Positions 10,973 through 23,800 of a DNA stretch of 64,000 nucleotides are shown one piece after another. This stretch comes from Monocercomonoides exilis PA203 (lineage: Eukaryota; Protista; Preaxostyla). Location: positions 124,001-188,000 of the forward strand of contig LSRY02000043.1 of the NCBI GenBank assembly GCA_001643675.2, read 5' to 3'. The notes beneath the pieces are model-generated. The model was given only the letters and a program-made list of their open reading frames with translations. It was not told where the DNA came from and ran no database searches. Numbering within the stretch: the stretch's first letter is position 1; each line of letters opens with the position of its first letter. A program made the translations under genes and the position numbers.

Positions 10973-13595
10973 TCAAAGAGTTTCACATATTTATGAAAGC
11001 TCAATCAGAAATAGGGACAATGTTAATTTACTGTTCAAGAACAAGATTTTTCTCATTGGCATTTTCAAAAAAGGAAAAAAAAAAGAACAAGAAAATAGTT
11101 GATTATATATTGTTTTTGAAAATGACAGTTGAACTCAAAAAATACATTGAAAAAAACAAATACATACACACATGAGGCATCTCTCCAAAATCACACTTCC
11201 ACTCACACAATGAAAGTTTGAAGAAAAATCAATGAAGGGTTACAGATGCAATTATAAATACACATAGCAAAATACATACAAACAAAATACATGCAAACAA
11301 AATACATACAAACAATACATATTCATCAGCCCTTGCACATCACAGGGTGTTCAGCCAACGCAATCCAAGCAGCCAGCCAACACCCATTCGCAATGTGCCC
11401 ACAACTCCAACCCTTCTGTGTTTCCTCTTCCTGACAGTTGCCAACATAATCGAAACTCGTTCAATCTTCAGCAACCTCACATTCTCACATCTCTCCACAA
11501 GCTCAACAACCTCTGAGGAACATGCTCTGCACACAATTTGCTCATTGACTCATTTGCTGCTCTGTCCCTTCATCCTTCGCCCTGTCTGCTGCCTCTTCCC
11601 TGCTCCTTTCCTTCTTTGTGCTGCCACTCCCTTCTTCTCTCACACACCTCGACTCCTCCTCAGCCCCAACCCCAACTGCATCCGACATCGTCATCACCAC
11701 TACCCCTCCCACAAAATGCTTGAACGTCTCCCGCTTTATCTCATCCAGAGATGGCCTGTTCCCCACTTTCTCGCACACACACCTCCCCACCAGCTCCCTC
11801 ACCGACGACTCACACACCCTCGACACATCCGGCCTCTCCCCATCTTTGATCTTCTGCCCCGCCACCTCTGCCGCATACTCCCCAAACGGCACCTCCAGCG
11901 TCAGGCACTCCCACAGCATCATCCCAATCGAGAATGCCACCGACTCCTTTGTTGCCCCCATGTTCTTGTTCATCAGCAGCTCTGGTGCCTTCCACCTCAG
12001 ACACTCTTTTTTGAAATCATCCTCCTCCTCAAACGCTGATGATGGCAGAGAATCATCATCATCATCGCTGGCGGATGTCACAACAGTCGATGATGAGATG
12101 GATGATGAGTCCGAATCATCGGAGGAAGAACAGTCGGAGTGGAGGGCAATGCAGATAACCATGTGCTCCGAGAATAATACAATGTGAGGACTGAGGTTGG
12201 CAAGAGACGAAAGAGGATTGCTCATTTCATCAAACGAGTGGAGTGCCCCATTCGCCACCCAGAACAGGATCTGCGCTCCTGTCACCTCTCTTTCTTTCAA
12301 CGAGCCAATTGCCATCTCCTTCTTCTCATTCCTCCCATGCAACAACATGAACAGCGAATCACGCAGATCCACAATCAGCTTCTCATGGGGAGACGAGCAC
12401 GCCATCGCATCCACCAAATTCGACATCGATGAGGTGGTGGGGCACAGATCCTCCCCTCGAACAAATGTGGTTTCAGTGTCTGTTGACGAAATGGAAGGTG
12501 ATGGCAATCTCTTTTGAATCTCTTCCTCCCACTCCTTCTCGTCCACCTCCTCCAATGCCCATTCTGGAATCTTGTCTGAATCCTTTCCAAGAATATATTC
12601 TGTGGAACCACTCTCAGATAGAAGATGCTCTGACGACTCTGAATGTTCCAAGCTTTTCTCATACACTCTCTTCTTTCCATTCTCTTCATTCATCTTCTCA
12701 ACCTCCCCTCCAGCTCTCCTCCACCGCTCCTCAGGTGCCATCTCCATCGTCACCATCTCAAACGCTTTTGGATCCTTTCTGATGTTGTCATTCACAATCT
12801 TTTCCAATTCCTCTTTTCTTTCCTTCACTTTCTTCCACCGAACAACCAGAACAATTATGACCACAAGCAGTATTACAACAACCACAACGCAAACAATCAA
12901 TAACAAATATGATTTTCCTTCTTTTCCTTTTTCAACGATTCTTTCATCTTCTTTTTGCGCAATCTCGCTCCTGTTCTTCAAAGGAAATTGTACTGTCGAT
13001 GCTGTAGCATTTGGGCTTCCAAACAAAACACAAACACTCACTTCTATTTCATCTCCACAATTGCTGATAATATCTTTCGCAACGCTTCCTTCAACTTCTC
13101 TTTCTGACAAAAACCCATTTCTATCAAAATCATATTTTTCAATCTCTTTTTCTTCTCCTTTTCTCTTCACAACTGCGAATGACAGATTGCATGGAATTAA
13201 AAGCGATCCTTTGAATGTCAGTTTCATTCTGTCTGTTGTTTCTTTTGCCTCGACACTCTCCAATACTGGAATGAAGAATGATGAATCCCTTTCGGAAACA
13301 ATCCCTTCAAAACTACACCCTTCATTCAACATCCAGAGTGATGTATTTCTCTCTAATCCATCTCCTCCTTTCAAACTCACAATATTCAACTCCCCGTTTC
13401 CTGTGCATATCACATTCCTTCTTGCTGATGGATATCCCTCAATTGATGGATTATTATTCAAAAACTCTCCTTTCTCAATCTTCACATTCCCTCCACTCAT
13501 TGTTATTCCACCTTCTGGTGAATTTGAGATTGTTATGTCTTTCATCAAAACAGAACTCTTCACAACATCCACAAGAGATCCATCCCATCTGCACA
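10973..13595. repeat. Left arm of a 2,623-bp near-perfect inverted repeat (partner 27073-29695)
   Basis: Coordinates pair with a constant sum of 40668, and the translated ORFs are identical on opposite strands. One mismatch noticed (11278/29390). Confidence 0.97.
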
Positions 13596-16500
13596 CTTCT
13601 CCCGTATTTGAATATTTCTCATTCTTTTCCCAATTGCTTTTTGAAACATTGCCTTCATCTTCTTCTTTACCATCATCTCCATCGAATGAACAAGATTCCA
13701 TTCTGACGTTGGTGCATTCACTGATCACCATCTGCCCTCCCTTATTGTTCACATTTCTCACTCCCCTCATCGAGCAGTTCAACAAGCTCACTTCTTCCTT
13801 CCCGTCTCTTCCTCCAATGATGCTTCCAACACCACTCATCGTCACATTCATCACATTCCACATCTTCATCTCCACTCTCGAATCTCCCCCAATCACCACC
13901 ATCCCATCACTTTTCGACTCAACCCCCCAAATCCTTGTTTCTGTCATCACAACTGTTCCCCCTTCACAAAATGAAAACAACGGCTGGGTGGTGCTTATCC
14001 AGCTGAATGTGCACTTCTCCATCGACAGCTCTCCACTCACAATCCCCATAAATGTCCCATTCACTTCCAGCTCCAGCGATGAGCTGAACCCACATTCCCT
14101 CATCTCTGTCCTCCCATTCTCCACTTTCACAATCCATCCATCCATGCTCCAAAACCCCACTTCCATCACAAACAGACACTTCTCAACACTGCACTCACCC
14201 ACAAACACCACAATGCTCTCTTCATCCCATCCCACCTCAATCCTCGAATCCAAATGAATCGTGGCTGCTGTCCTACTCACCAACTTCACTTCCATATCCC
14301 CAATCAAGCATTCTCCTCCCATCTTCCCTTCTCCATCTACCAAGATCGCATTCATCACTCCCTTCTGAATGTGCTTCACTGCACACTCGATGCTCAGACA
14401 CGGATTGTTCTGTGCCCCACATTGTCTGCTGTCTCTCTCACCCCCGCTCACAAACACCTGCGGCCCATGGAAAAATGTGATCAGCGGAATCAGATCAACC
14501 ACAACCCCTTCAATTGCATCACTCCCACACATCGAGTTGTTCGACTTCAGTGCATCCTGCTCGAAGTCCAGCACAAACAGCGTTTCATTGATCTGTTCCC
14601 CAATCGAGTGGCACTTGATGAACACATCCCTCCCCACAAACGCCTCGTTCATCACAAATCGGATGTTCTCCATCCTCAATCCAAGGAATGGCGCTCTTCT
14701 GCGATCTGCTTCGGCACTCCCATCAAGCGCATCAATCATCATCCCTCCTCCTCTCCCTCCATTCCCTCCATTATTCTCTGCCTTATTCCCATCAATCACA
14801 CTCATTCCATTCACAACAATTTTCCCATTTCCCTTCAATCCAACATATATTCCTCCTCCCTTTCCACAAACACAACTGCACCTATTTACATTGCATCCAT
14901 CAACTGTCAATGTTCCACTCCCTCCAACTGTTCCTTTCATCCATCCTCCATCTCCCTCATTCTTCACAACTCCACTGAAATTGCATCCTGAACAAATCAC
15001 ACTTGTCATTCCTTCATAAAATTCAATGGCTGAATGATCATTGAATGTCAGCCCTTCTCCAATCACAAATCGATCCATTTTCAGATTCCCATTTTGCGCA
15101 TTCACAATGCTATATCCAAAGCCCACACTTGATGTGCTCTCTGATATATGAGCAACTGAGCAGTCTGTGAGTGTGAGTGACGAGCTGGTCAAACCAATGA
15201 GCGATATTGCACTCGACAAGGAATATGGAATCTGGAAGGCAATGTTCTTGATTGAACTCGCACTCTCAACATTTATCAAATACGAAGATGAAATTCCACT
15301 CGGCACTCTCACATTCACATTCGTCTTGTTAATCCCACAATACACCTCCCATTCATATGACCCTGCCATCGACACAACTTCTCCCAGCTCAAACCCTGAA
15401 TCCAGCACAATATTCTTCTTTGACGAACTGAATCTGTTCTGTGAAGCAAACGCGATCGTTTTGCATGGAAAATACCCAAACCCACAAAACCACGAGTCAT
15501 ATCCTCCATACCCATTTACCCCCTTCCCCACATGTGCTGCTCCTGAAAGTGCATCAAAAAACGCATTCAATGGGAATATTCCCATCCCTGAATCATTCCG
15601 GTCACATCCCATCAGCTCATCATAAATAGAAACATTTCGCGAGAAATTCAGCTTTGCGATTGTAATTGTCCCGCTCACCAGCTTGCTCCCATTCACAAAA
15701 ACATCTTTCCCTCCCAATGTTGCACTGCAACCAACAAAACTCTCTGTTGTTATCGCAAAATCAAATGAGCCATCTGCTAGCCATAGCATCACCCCTCCTC
15801 CATATCCACTGCACTTTGTTTTGTTGAATTTTGTTGCTCCTCCGCTGTGTGATGTTGACGTTCCAATGCGAGCTTTGCTTGTCGAAGATGCCAACTCAAC
15901 CTTTATCCCTCCCCCATTCCCACCTTGGCAAGAGCATCCTTCCATTGTTGTATTCCACACTACAAATGTCTCTCCTGCCTTCACGCTCTTTGCTATCACC
16001 ACCCCATCACCCCTTGTTCGATTCACATTTCGAATTGTCAAATTCCCCAGCACACTCTCTCCTGATGAAGATCCTGCTGATGATGGTTCGGAAAATAATG
16101 GTTGACTCATTTTAATATTTTTGATCTCCACATCAATCATCTTCAGCTGCCTCAGCGCCACTTCAAACACACACTTCGTCATTCCACTCCCACCTGATTT
16201 CGAAGAGTCGATCAAAACATCCTCCAGCGAAAGAGCCCCGCTCCCTACAGACACCATAAACGCACTCGGCGATGAGCTTCTTGTCGCGTTGTGATCGATC
16301 CCCACATGCCCCACCTCCAGTTTACCAGTAGATATGCTAAACAACGTTGGCGAAGATGAAGAAAGAGAACTTGTCCCAACCACGCTCACTGTCTTCCCTC
16401 TCCCTGTTATTGTTATCTTCTTTTCCCCAACACTGATTGTTGTTCCTTCACTCTCATGCTTCCCTCCCAGCACTGTGACCGTTGAGCTCAGCTGTACTAT

Positions 16501-18417
16501 GCTCGACCCCACCGCATGCCCCACTGTCTTGCACGGTGCTGACTCACTCATCCCACACACATTGCCCGAGTCACTTCCACTCACACCAACATACCGATCT
16601 TTCATTCCCTCCTTCAGCCAGTCCTTCTTTTCTGTATGCTGATAACTATTGTATAAATAGCACACTCTCCTTTCATTTGTATTCGTTGTGTACGATTCAT
16701 GGAATGGGTTATTTGATGAAAAAAAATTGTAATCATCTTCCAAAAACACATCGTGGCCTTCAGCATTTGAAATAGAGCACATGCAATTGTTAAAGAGGAA
16801 GAAATAACAATAAAAATTGAAACTTTGAACTTTTGATTGACATGGATAAAAATACAATCCTCCGCCTGTTGCAATTGCATTGCAAGAAATGAACTGGATG
16901 CTTCTCATGTTGAATTGGGCCGGAACAGTCATACAACACAACCCTCCCCCAAATTGACTTGTAAGAGAACATGAAATGAATGAGCATTCAAATACGCAAG
17001 CGCTCTCTCCTTTACCACTTTCCACTCCAATACATTCTGATCCAGAAACCTGAAAAGTTGAAAGATAAAGCCCCCCTCCAAATTCAAATGCATTACATTT
17101 CTCGAATTCGCAGCCGCTGATCCTGACACATGAAGTTATCGAATAAGCACACATTCCACCACCACCACCATAATCTTGAGAAATGCAAGCATTAAATGAA
17201 GTATTTTCCACCTTCACTGAATTGATTTCATAGCACATTATTCCTCCACCATACCAATGTGCTTGACAATCATAGAATGAACAAAATTTCACTGAAAGTG
17301 TTCCAGATAACATGCCAGACATGAAAATGGATCCGCCATTTGAAGTTCCATCTGAATAAGAAGTTCCTGTTCCAGTGGTTTTTGAACCATTCCACACACA
17401 CCAAGTGAACGAATTCGCACCATCGTCTGCTATCTGCTGTCTCACTGGTTTCGATGGATTCCCTTCACTCCCATTGATTGCAACATTTATAGTCCTGCAA
17501 CATCCAATAAATGAAGTGTTTGATGCAGTCAAGGAAGCCAAGGGATTGTTCAGAGAGGGAGCAATCCCTCCATCATACACATCATGAACAGATGAAAAGG
17601 AGCAGCTGTTCATCAGACAAGATGTTTGGAAAAAAGAAATCGTTGGAGACGAGCACTCATCATTTGCTGTTGAAATGTTGAAAAATGTCAATTTGGAGAG
17701 AGATATATGAAAAATGGATGATGATGCTAAAAATGGGGATGAAGACACACGAAAAGATGTGAAATGAGATGAACGAACAGAAACATGACAATTTTCTGAA
17801 ATCTCTCTTTCTGGCGTTTTTGAAGAGAAAAGAGGTGGACAACTCTGTGAAACAAGATCTGAATGCGATATGAGTGAAATGTTTGCAAATACCCCACAAC
17901 ACCTATTCAAATCAAGTGGAGATATTTATCTCTCGATTCCAATCTTGCATCCGCTCAATTCAATTTTACTGCCTTCCTTTGCCTTCATCACATTTCTCTT
18001 TCCATATGAAATTAAAATCAATGAATTCAAATTCATTGAACAGTTGAGCATCTTCAAACGCCCCAGAACTTTGCTTCCTTCATTAACTTTTCGTTTTTAA
18101 AAATAATTTGTGCTTTTCCCCTTCTTATCTGAATTTTCTCCTTCAATTTGGTCATTTCCTTCACTCATGTTTTTCTTTTGCTTTATCAATAAATTTTCTT
18201 CATTTTCATCCTCTTTCTTTATTCCTCCAATGCCTTATGAATGTGCATCAAACACACTTTGATTTTCATATTTTTTGTTTTGGAGCTCATTTGCCCTTTT
18301 ATCCACAAAATAATCCATTTTTCTTCCTTTCTCTGGTCTCTCCACCAAACTTGCCTTGTCATTTGTGATATCCATGCACATGCACTGCACACAAATAATG
18401 CAGACAAATAAGTTCAT
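11542..18417 (-). pseudogene. Receptor-like pseudokinase family member; 2122-codon open part (17910-11542) preceded in frame by a 5' region carrying three TAA stops
   Basis: ATG 18417 starts a signal-peptide-like MNLFVCIICVQCMC and is in the same frame as the long ORF. TAA codons lie at 18237-18235, 18099-18097 and 17928-17926. The ectodomain has three CGxxxxPC modules, then TM YLLLIVCVVVVVILLVVIIVLVV and kinase-like RWKAPE...AFSIGMMLWECLTLEVPF. Confidence 0.65.
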
Positions 18418-20894
18418 TCCTGACAGCGATCAAGCAATTCTTCTAAAAAAATCACTTTTTCTTTATTTCTTGATATTTTTTAAATTAATATGGGCATGTT
18501 GTTTTTTATTTGCAGGTTAATTCTTTTATTCTGATTCCATGGAATGAATGAGCTTTTATGTTCGTTTAACTATGAGCGCGATTTGCTGTTTTGTTGGATT
18601 TTGAGAAGATCTTTTGGCGATTGGCCTGATCTTTCTTGTAATGAATCCGCAGCGTTTTTCTTGTTCAAACAATGATGTTTTTATGACAAAGCATCAAGTG
18701 TGACAGTGTGAAGAAACAACATAATGTCATTTGATTGGAAGCATTGTTTGTTCTTCTGCAAGCGCATTAGCAGACAAAACGAAACAGATATTGAATGAAG
18801 GATTTTGGAAAAAGGAAGAGGACAAAAAGGAAATGTTAAATCATTTTTGATTGTATTCAGTATGCAATTATCTTTTGATCCTAATTTGAATTTCGTTTAT
18901 TTTTGCATTTACCAGCTTGAGAAACCTTGAATAGTTTTTCGAAAATGCGAATTGTCTTGGGTGTGATTGGCCAGCAAGAACATGTTCTGTAAATCGTGAA
19001 ATTGGATCAATAGAAGGAATTTTTGGATTTCTTCAAATATTTTGAACAGAAACAGGTTTTGTTTCAGGAGAAGATGAGAATTTTTAAAAAATTGATGAAT
19101 GGAAAAAACATGGATGGAAGAAGGAATCTTATGTGCAATGAGAGCGTATGCATTTCTTTTTTTGTGATAAAGTCTGGGAGAAAATTCATATTTTTTTGTT
19201 TTTTTTATTTTTTTTTCATTCAACAGAGTTATCAATGAGCAATGGCCAAGGACTTTCATGGCTCTTTTTGCTTTGCTGTTTGGACAGATTGCTTTGGTGG
19301 AGGATAACAAGAGATGGAAGATAGAAGAATTGGACCAAAGAGCTTGTTTGGAAGAAGAAAATGATCAGAGAAATGAGATGAACTTTTGACGAGGAAGGGA
19401 GAGATGGAGATAGAGGAAAGACATTCTGAAGAAAAGTGAATTGAGGTAGAATGGAATGAGATTAGGGGATGAGAGGAAACCATTTTGGAAGCGAAAAAGA
19501 AGGAACCAACTTGAGTGGATAAATCTGATGGATCGGCAGGAAGACTCTTCTTCTTCCTCAATTTCAAAATTGCTCCATTTCATCTTCGCCTTCTCCTTCT
19601 TCATTCTCTTCATTGGCATAGCAACATCAAACATATCTCAAGCATATTTATCAGCTTCTTCATCTCTATTTGATTTTTTGAAAAACAACAAATCTATTAT
19701 TCTCCGCTGCCTTGCTGTTGTTCAGCCACTCTGCACACAAATTCATTCACAATTGTCTTGAGTGTTAGAGGCGAATCTTTCCTTTTTCAGATTATGAACA
19801 AAAGAAAAGATGAAAAGAAATTGCCATCTTCTTCTCCTCTTTCTTCTTTGTGGTTATCGTTTTCGACTTATTCATCAACAGCCAACAGAAGCGATATTGG
19901 TTGTGGGATTTTTGTGAAGACGGTTCTTTTGACTAAGCTTCATCATCAATGAAGCGAGCGAGTGAGTGAATAAGTGTGTATGTGTGATAGAAAAGAAGAG
20001 AATGTGAAAGGAAAAGAATGAAAACGAGTTTGTTGGAGAAAATGAAGAGGATGAGACTTCAGAGAAGAAAAAGACAAAGCAGAAAAGAACTTGGAATCAA
20101 GGAGAATGAAATCTATTTGAAAATCAAAGAAAAAAGAATTCAGCGTGATAAAGGTGGATGTGGAAGAAGTGGAAGACGAGCAAGATGAAGCAAAGGAAAA
20201 AGAGAAAAGGAAAAAGAAGGCTGGAAGAATTTCTGACGATTCTATTCGAGATATGAGCGAAGTGCTTGTATTCACAAATTCTGTTATGTTTCCATGGGAT
20301 TGTCTTGCTGATTTGAACATTTTGTCCATATTGTTGTGAATGCATTTGGGCAAGGTGTTTCTGCTTAATGGTTGCCATGAAGTTCATTGATGACTTGAAC
20401 ACAGTTTGCTATTGAATCTTCTTCTTTATTATAATTATTATTTCTGCCATTTGTTTGCAACAGCGTTATTTTTTATTTTTCTTTGTGTGCATACAGATAT
20501 TGATTTTTTCAATATAATGAAAATGTGAAAATTATATATTTTTATTGTTGATAGAAATACACACTTGACATCTCATAAATGCTTTTTTTGTTTTTTTCTA
20601 TTTTCTGGCAACTGCCAGAGAGAACGAAATTTTTTTCTATTCGCTCAATAATGACTTCTTTTCAAAAACAAATTTTGAACTTCAAACATTCTGCAAATCA
20701 ATAAAAAATATTATGATATCTCCAATAAATATATCTCATATTGATTTCTTTTGACTTTTTATTTTAACATTTTGGTTTTGTTGCTTTTCAAATTTCCATA
20801 AAAAACATTTTTCCGATTTAATAAATAAAGGGAGAAAGTTTTTTTAATTCCTTTTTTAACTACGACTGTTTCCATAGGGAAGCTCTTTGGCAAC

Positions 20895-23800
20895 ATGAGA
20901 GCTTCATTCAATGTTGTTATATTTCTGTCACTTGCTGTTAACTGCGAATATGACAAAGGTTTTGTGGAAAAGAAAATGCTGCAAAAAATGAACGAGGAGA
21001 TACAGAAAGGCAACATTAACAATGAAGGCAAAAATGATGCGAATAAAAATATTTTTGGCATTCAAAAGGAAGTGATTAGAAATATATCTGTCTTTCACAT
21101 TTGCTGTGCTCGAACAAGTCTCAATGCAATTAATACCTCCTTGTGTGTGACCCAACTCAACATCATCCCTCTCACTGGTTGTCCACTCCTCACTGCCAAA
21201 CACCACTCCGCTGCCTCCATCTGCTCCTCCACTTGCACCATCCACCCACCTTCCCTCACCAACAACCACCACCACCACCACTGCCCCCTCTTCCTCTCTG
21301 CCCATGCCTCCCTCGCCCTCACAAACTTCTCCCTCATCACCCACCAACCTGCCATCTTCTCCTTCCCCCTCTTCTCCACCCCAAACAATCTCCTCCATAA
21401 TGCCCACTCCCCAATCCCTGCCTCCTTCTCCATCTCTCACTCCTCTTTCTCCTCCTTCATCTCCCTCGTCCAGCCCTTCCTTTTTTCTCCTTCTTCCCTC
21501 TCGTCCCCTTCCCCATCCCCTTCTCCATCCCTTTCCCCTTCTCTTTCATCTTTCTCATCCTCATCCTCATCCTCTTCTTTTTCTTCCCCTTCCCCTTCGA
21601 TTTCCCCTTCGATTTCCTCTTCACCTTCCTCTTCCCCTCTCCATGATCATCGCCAATCCCATCCCCACCTCCAAATCCATCTCAATCTCCATCTCTCAAA
21701 CACCATCTTCTCCAACATCTCCTCTTCCCAATCCCCTCTATCACTTCCATCCCTTCCTTCACACTCACTCAATCCTCTCATCTCAACCACCTCAACCACT
21801 TTTTCAGCTTCCACTTCCACCAACATCAACACCAATTCAATCCCCTCCTTCTCTCTTCACTCATCCCTCTTCATCCGCTCATCCATATTTCTCCACACCC
21901 ACAACCCCATCGATGGGGCTATCCTCCCCAACCTCAACAACCCATCCACCTCTCTCTCTGCCTTCAACACATCTTTTCTTCACCAAACACGTTCTTCTCC
22001 AAATGATGCTGTGGTGCATGTTGGAACGGAATCTCAAAGAAAATCACTTGGAAGACTGGCCACTTTTGATGAGAACGATCATCGCTTTGAGTGGTGTGAA
22101 TGGAATGATTCAAATAGCGGAGGTAGAAATGGAGGTGCACTTTTTGTTGTTTGCACAAATGCAAATCTCACTGTCGCTTCTTGTTTATTCAGAAACTGTT
22201 CAACTAATGGGGAAGCAGGAGCGTTGTGCTGTGGGCAATTGTTGAAAATAAGCACTGCAAAATCCAATTTCACAAACTGTTCAGCTGCTAGTGGAGGAGC
22301 AGTCGCTTCATGGGGTCCTCAATCAAATTCTGTTTGGACATTCTCAAAAAACAGAGTGAAAAGCTGTAAAATTACAGGTTGGTGTGGAACTGGCTGGTAT
22401 TTTAATATGTATTATTTTCCAGAAAACGGACAATTCCTGTTCTCCGAATGCTATTGCAGAGCAAACACTGGTGGTGATTCTGCTGGTTCTTTGACATTTC
22501 ATTACCCTCCAGGAAGCAATCCATCTCAGTTTATGGTTAATGATTGCCAGTTCGTAAATAATAAATTGACTGCCTCTTCCACATACGGTGGTGCTGCGTT
22601 ATGTTGCACCAAAACGTGTGATTGGATGAATGAAAAAAAATTCATCACTTTCTGCTTCTTTGATGGAAATACAGCAATAAATGGAAGGGGGAATGATGTG
22701 TTCTTTAATGGAAGCAGCATCACTCAATCCCCGTTTGAGAATTGTGGATCAACAACCACAACACAAAGAGTCTGGAATAACAATACAGCTGACAATACCG
22801 TGTTCAATGGCTGGCTCCCACTTTTCGCTCAGAACAAAATCGTGGCAAACAACGGAACTAATTCTGATGCCTGTGGCAGACCCCAACAAACACCATGCGC
22901 CACCATCGAGTATGCTCTCACCGGCTTCATTTCACACCTCCAAGACGCCTCTCTCACCCTCCTCAACTCAACATTTGTTCCCACTCAAACACTCACTTTC
23001 AGCGCCATTGACACCAAAATCTCAGGAAATGGCACAACAGCCACCACCATCGCCTCCAGTGGCATTCCCCAACCACAAAACTCACATTCACACTCATCAC
23101 AATCAACATCGTCATTTTCTTCATTTTCATCCTTGTCATCATCATCAATATCTTCTTCACCAGATCCATCTGCCTCGTCTGCCCTCTTCCAACAGACTCA
23201 GGGCTCCCTCACAGTCTCTGCCCTCGCCATCGCCCACAACTCCTCAAATCAAATCACCCCCATCCTCTTCCACCTCTCCGATAACTCCCCTTCCCTCAAC
23301 CTCAACACAACCACCATCACCGGAACAACCCCATCTTCATCATCAATCACCACACCCCTCTTCTTCCTCACTGCTGGCTCCCTCGCCCTCAACCACACAG
23401 CAATCACCAGTCTCACCCTCAACAGCCAAAGCATCTTCCACCTCACCTCCCTCACAAACCCCCTCACCCTCAACTCCTCCAACATCACCCACATCACCTC
23501 CACAGCCACCCCTGCCAGCTGTGTCCTCTCCTCTGCCACCTCTCCTGCCCTCTCCCTCTTCCTCGCCAACTGCACCATCACCAGTATCAACTCAGAACAG
23601 TTGAGCCAACAAACTGCCACCAATGGCGGGTGCATCTCATTCGCTTCATCTGCCCCTGCCAACACATTTTCAGTAAGCAACACGAATTTCTCCACATGCT
23701 CTGTGAGCGAGGATACAAGTTCTGGAGGAAGAGGCGGGGCTCTCATGATCGAGTACAAGGATGATTCAGAAGTGTCATCCACAACCTTTTCCATCACCAA

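Noticed and set aside
11267-11320. 15-bp tandem repeat (CAAAATACATRCAAA) x3 in the 3' flank, mirrored at ~29350-29400
   Set aside because: Ordinary short minisatellite; useful only as the site of the single arm mismatch.
12572-14257. 561-aa plus-strand ORF (and its 349-aa mirror at 27047-28096)
   Set aside because: Antisense to the receptor frame; Ser/Phe/Pro-rich shadow of a purine-rich coding strand.
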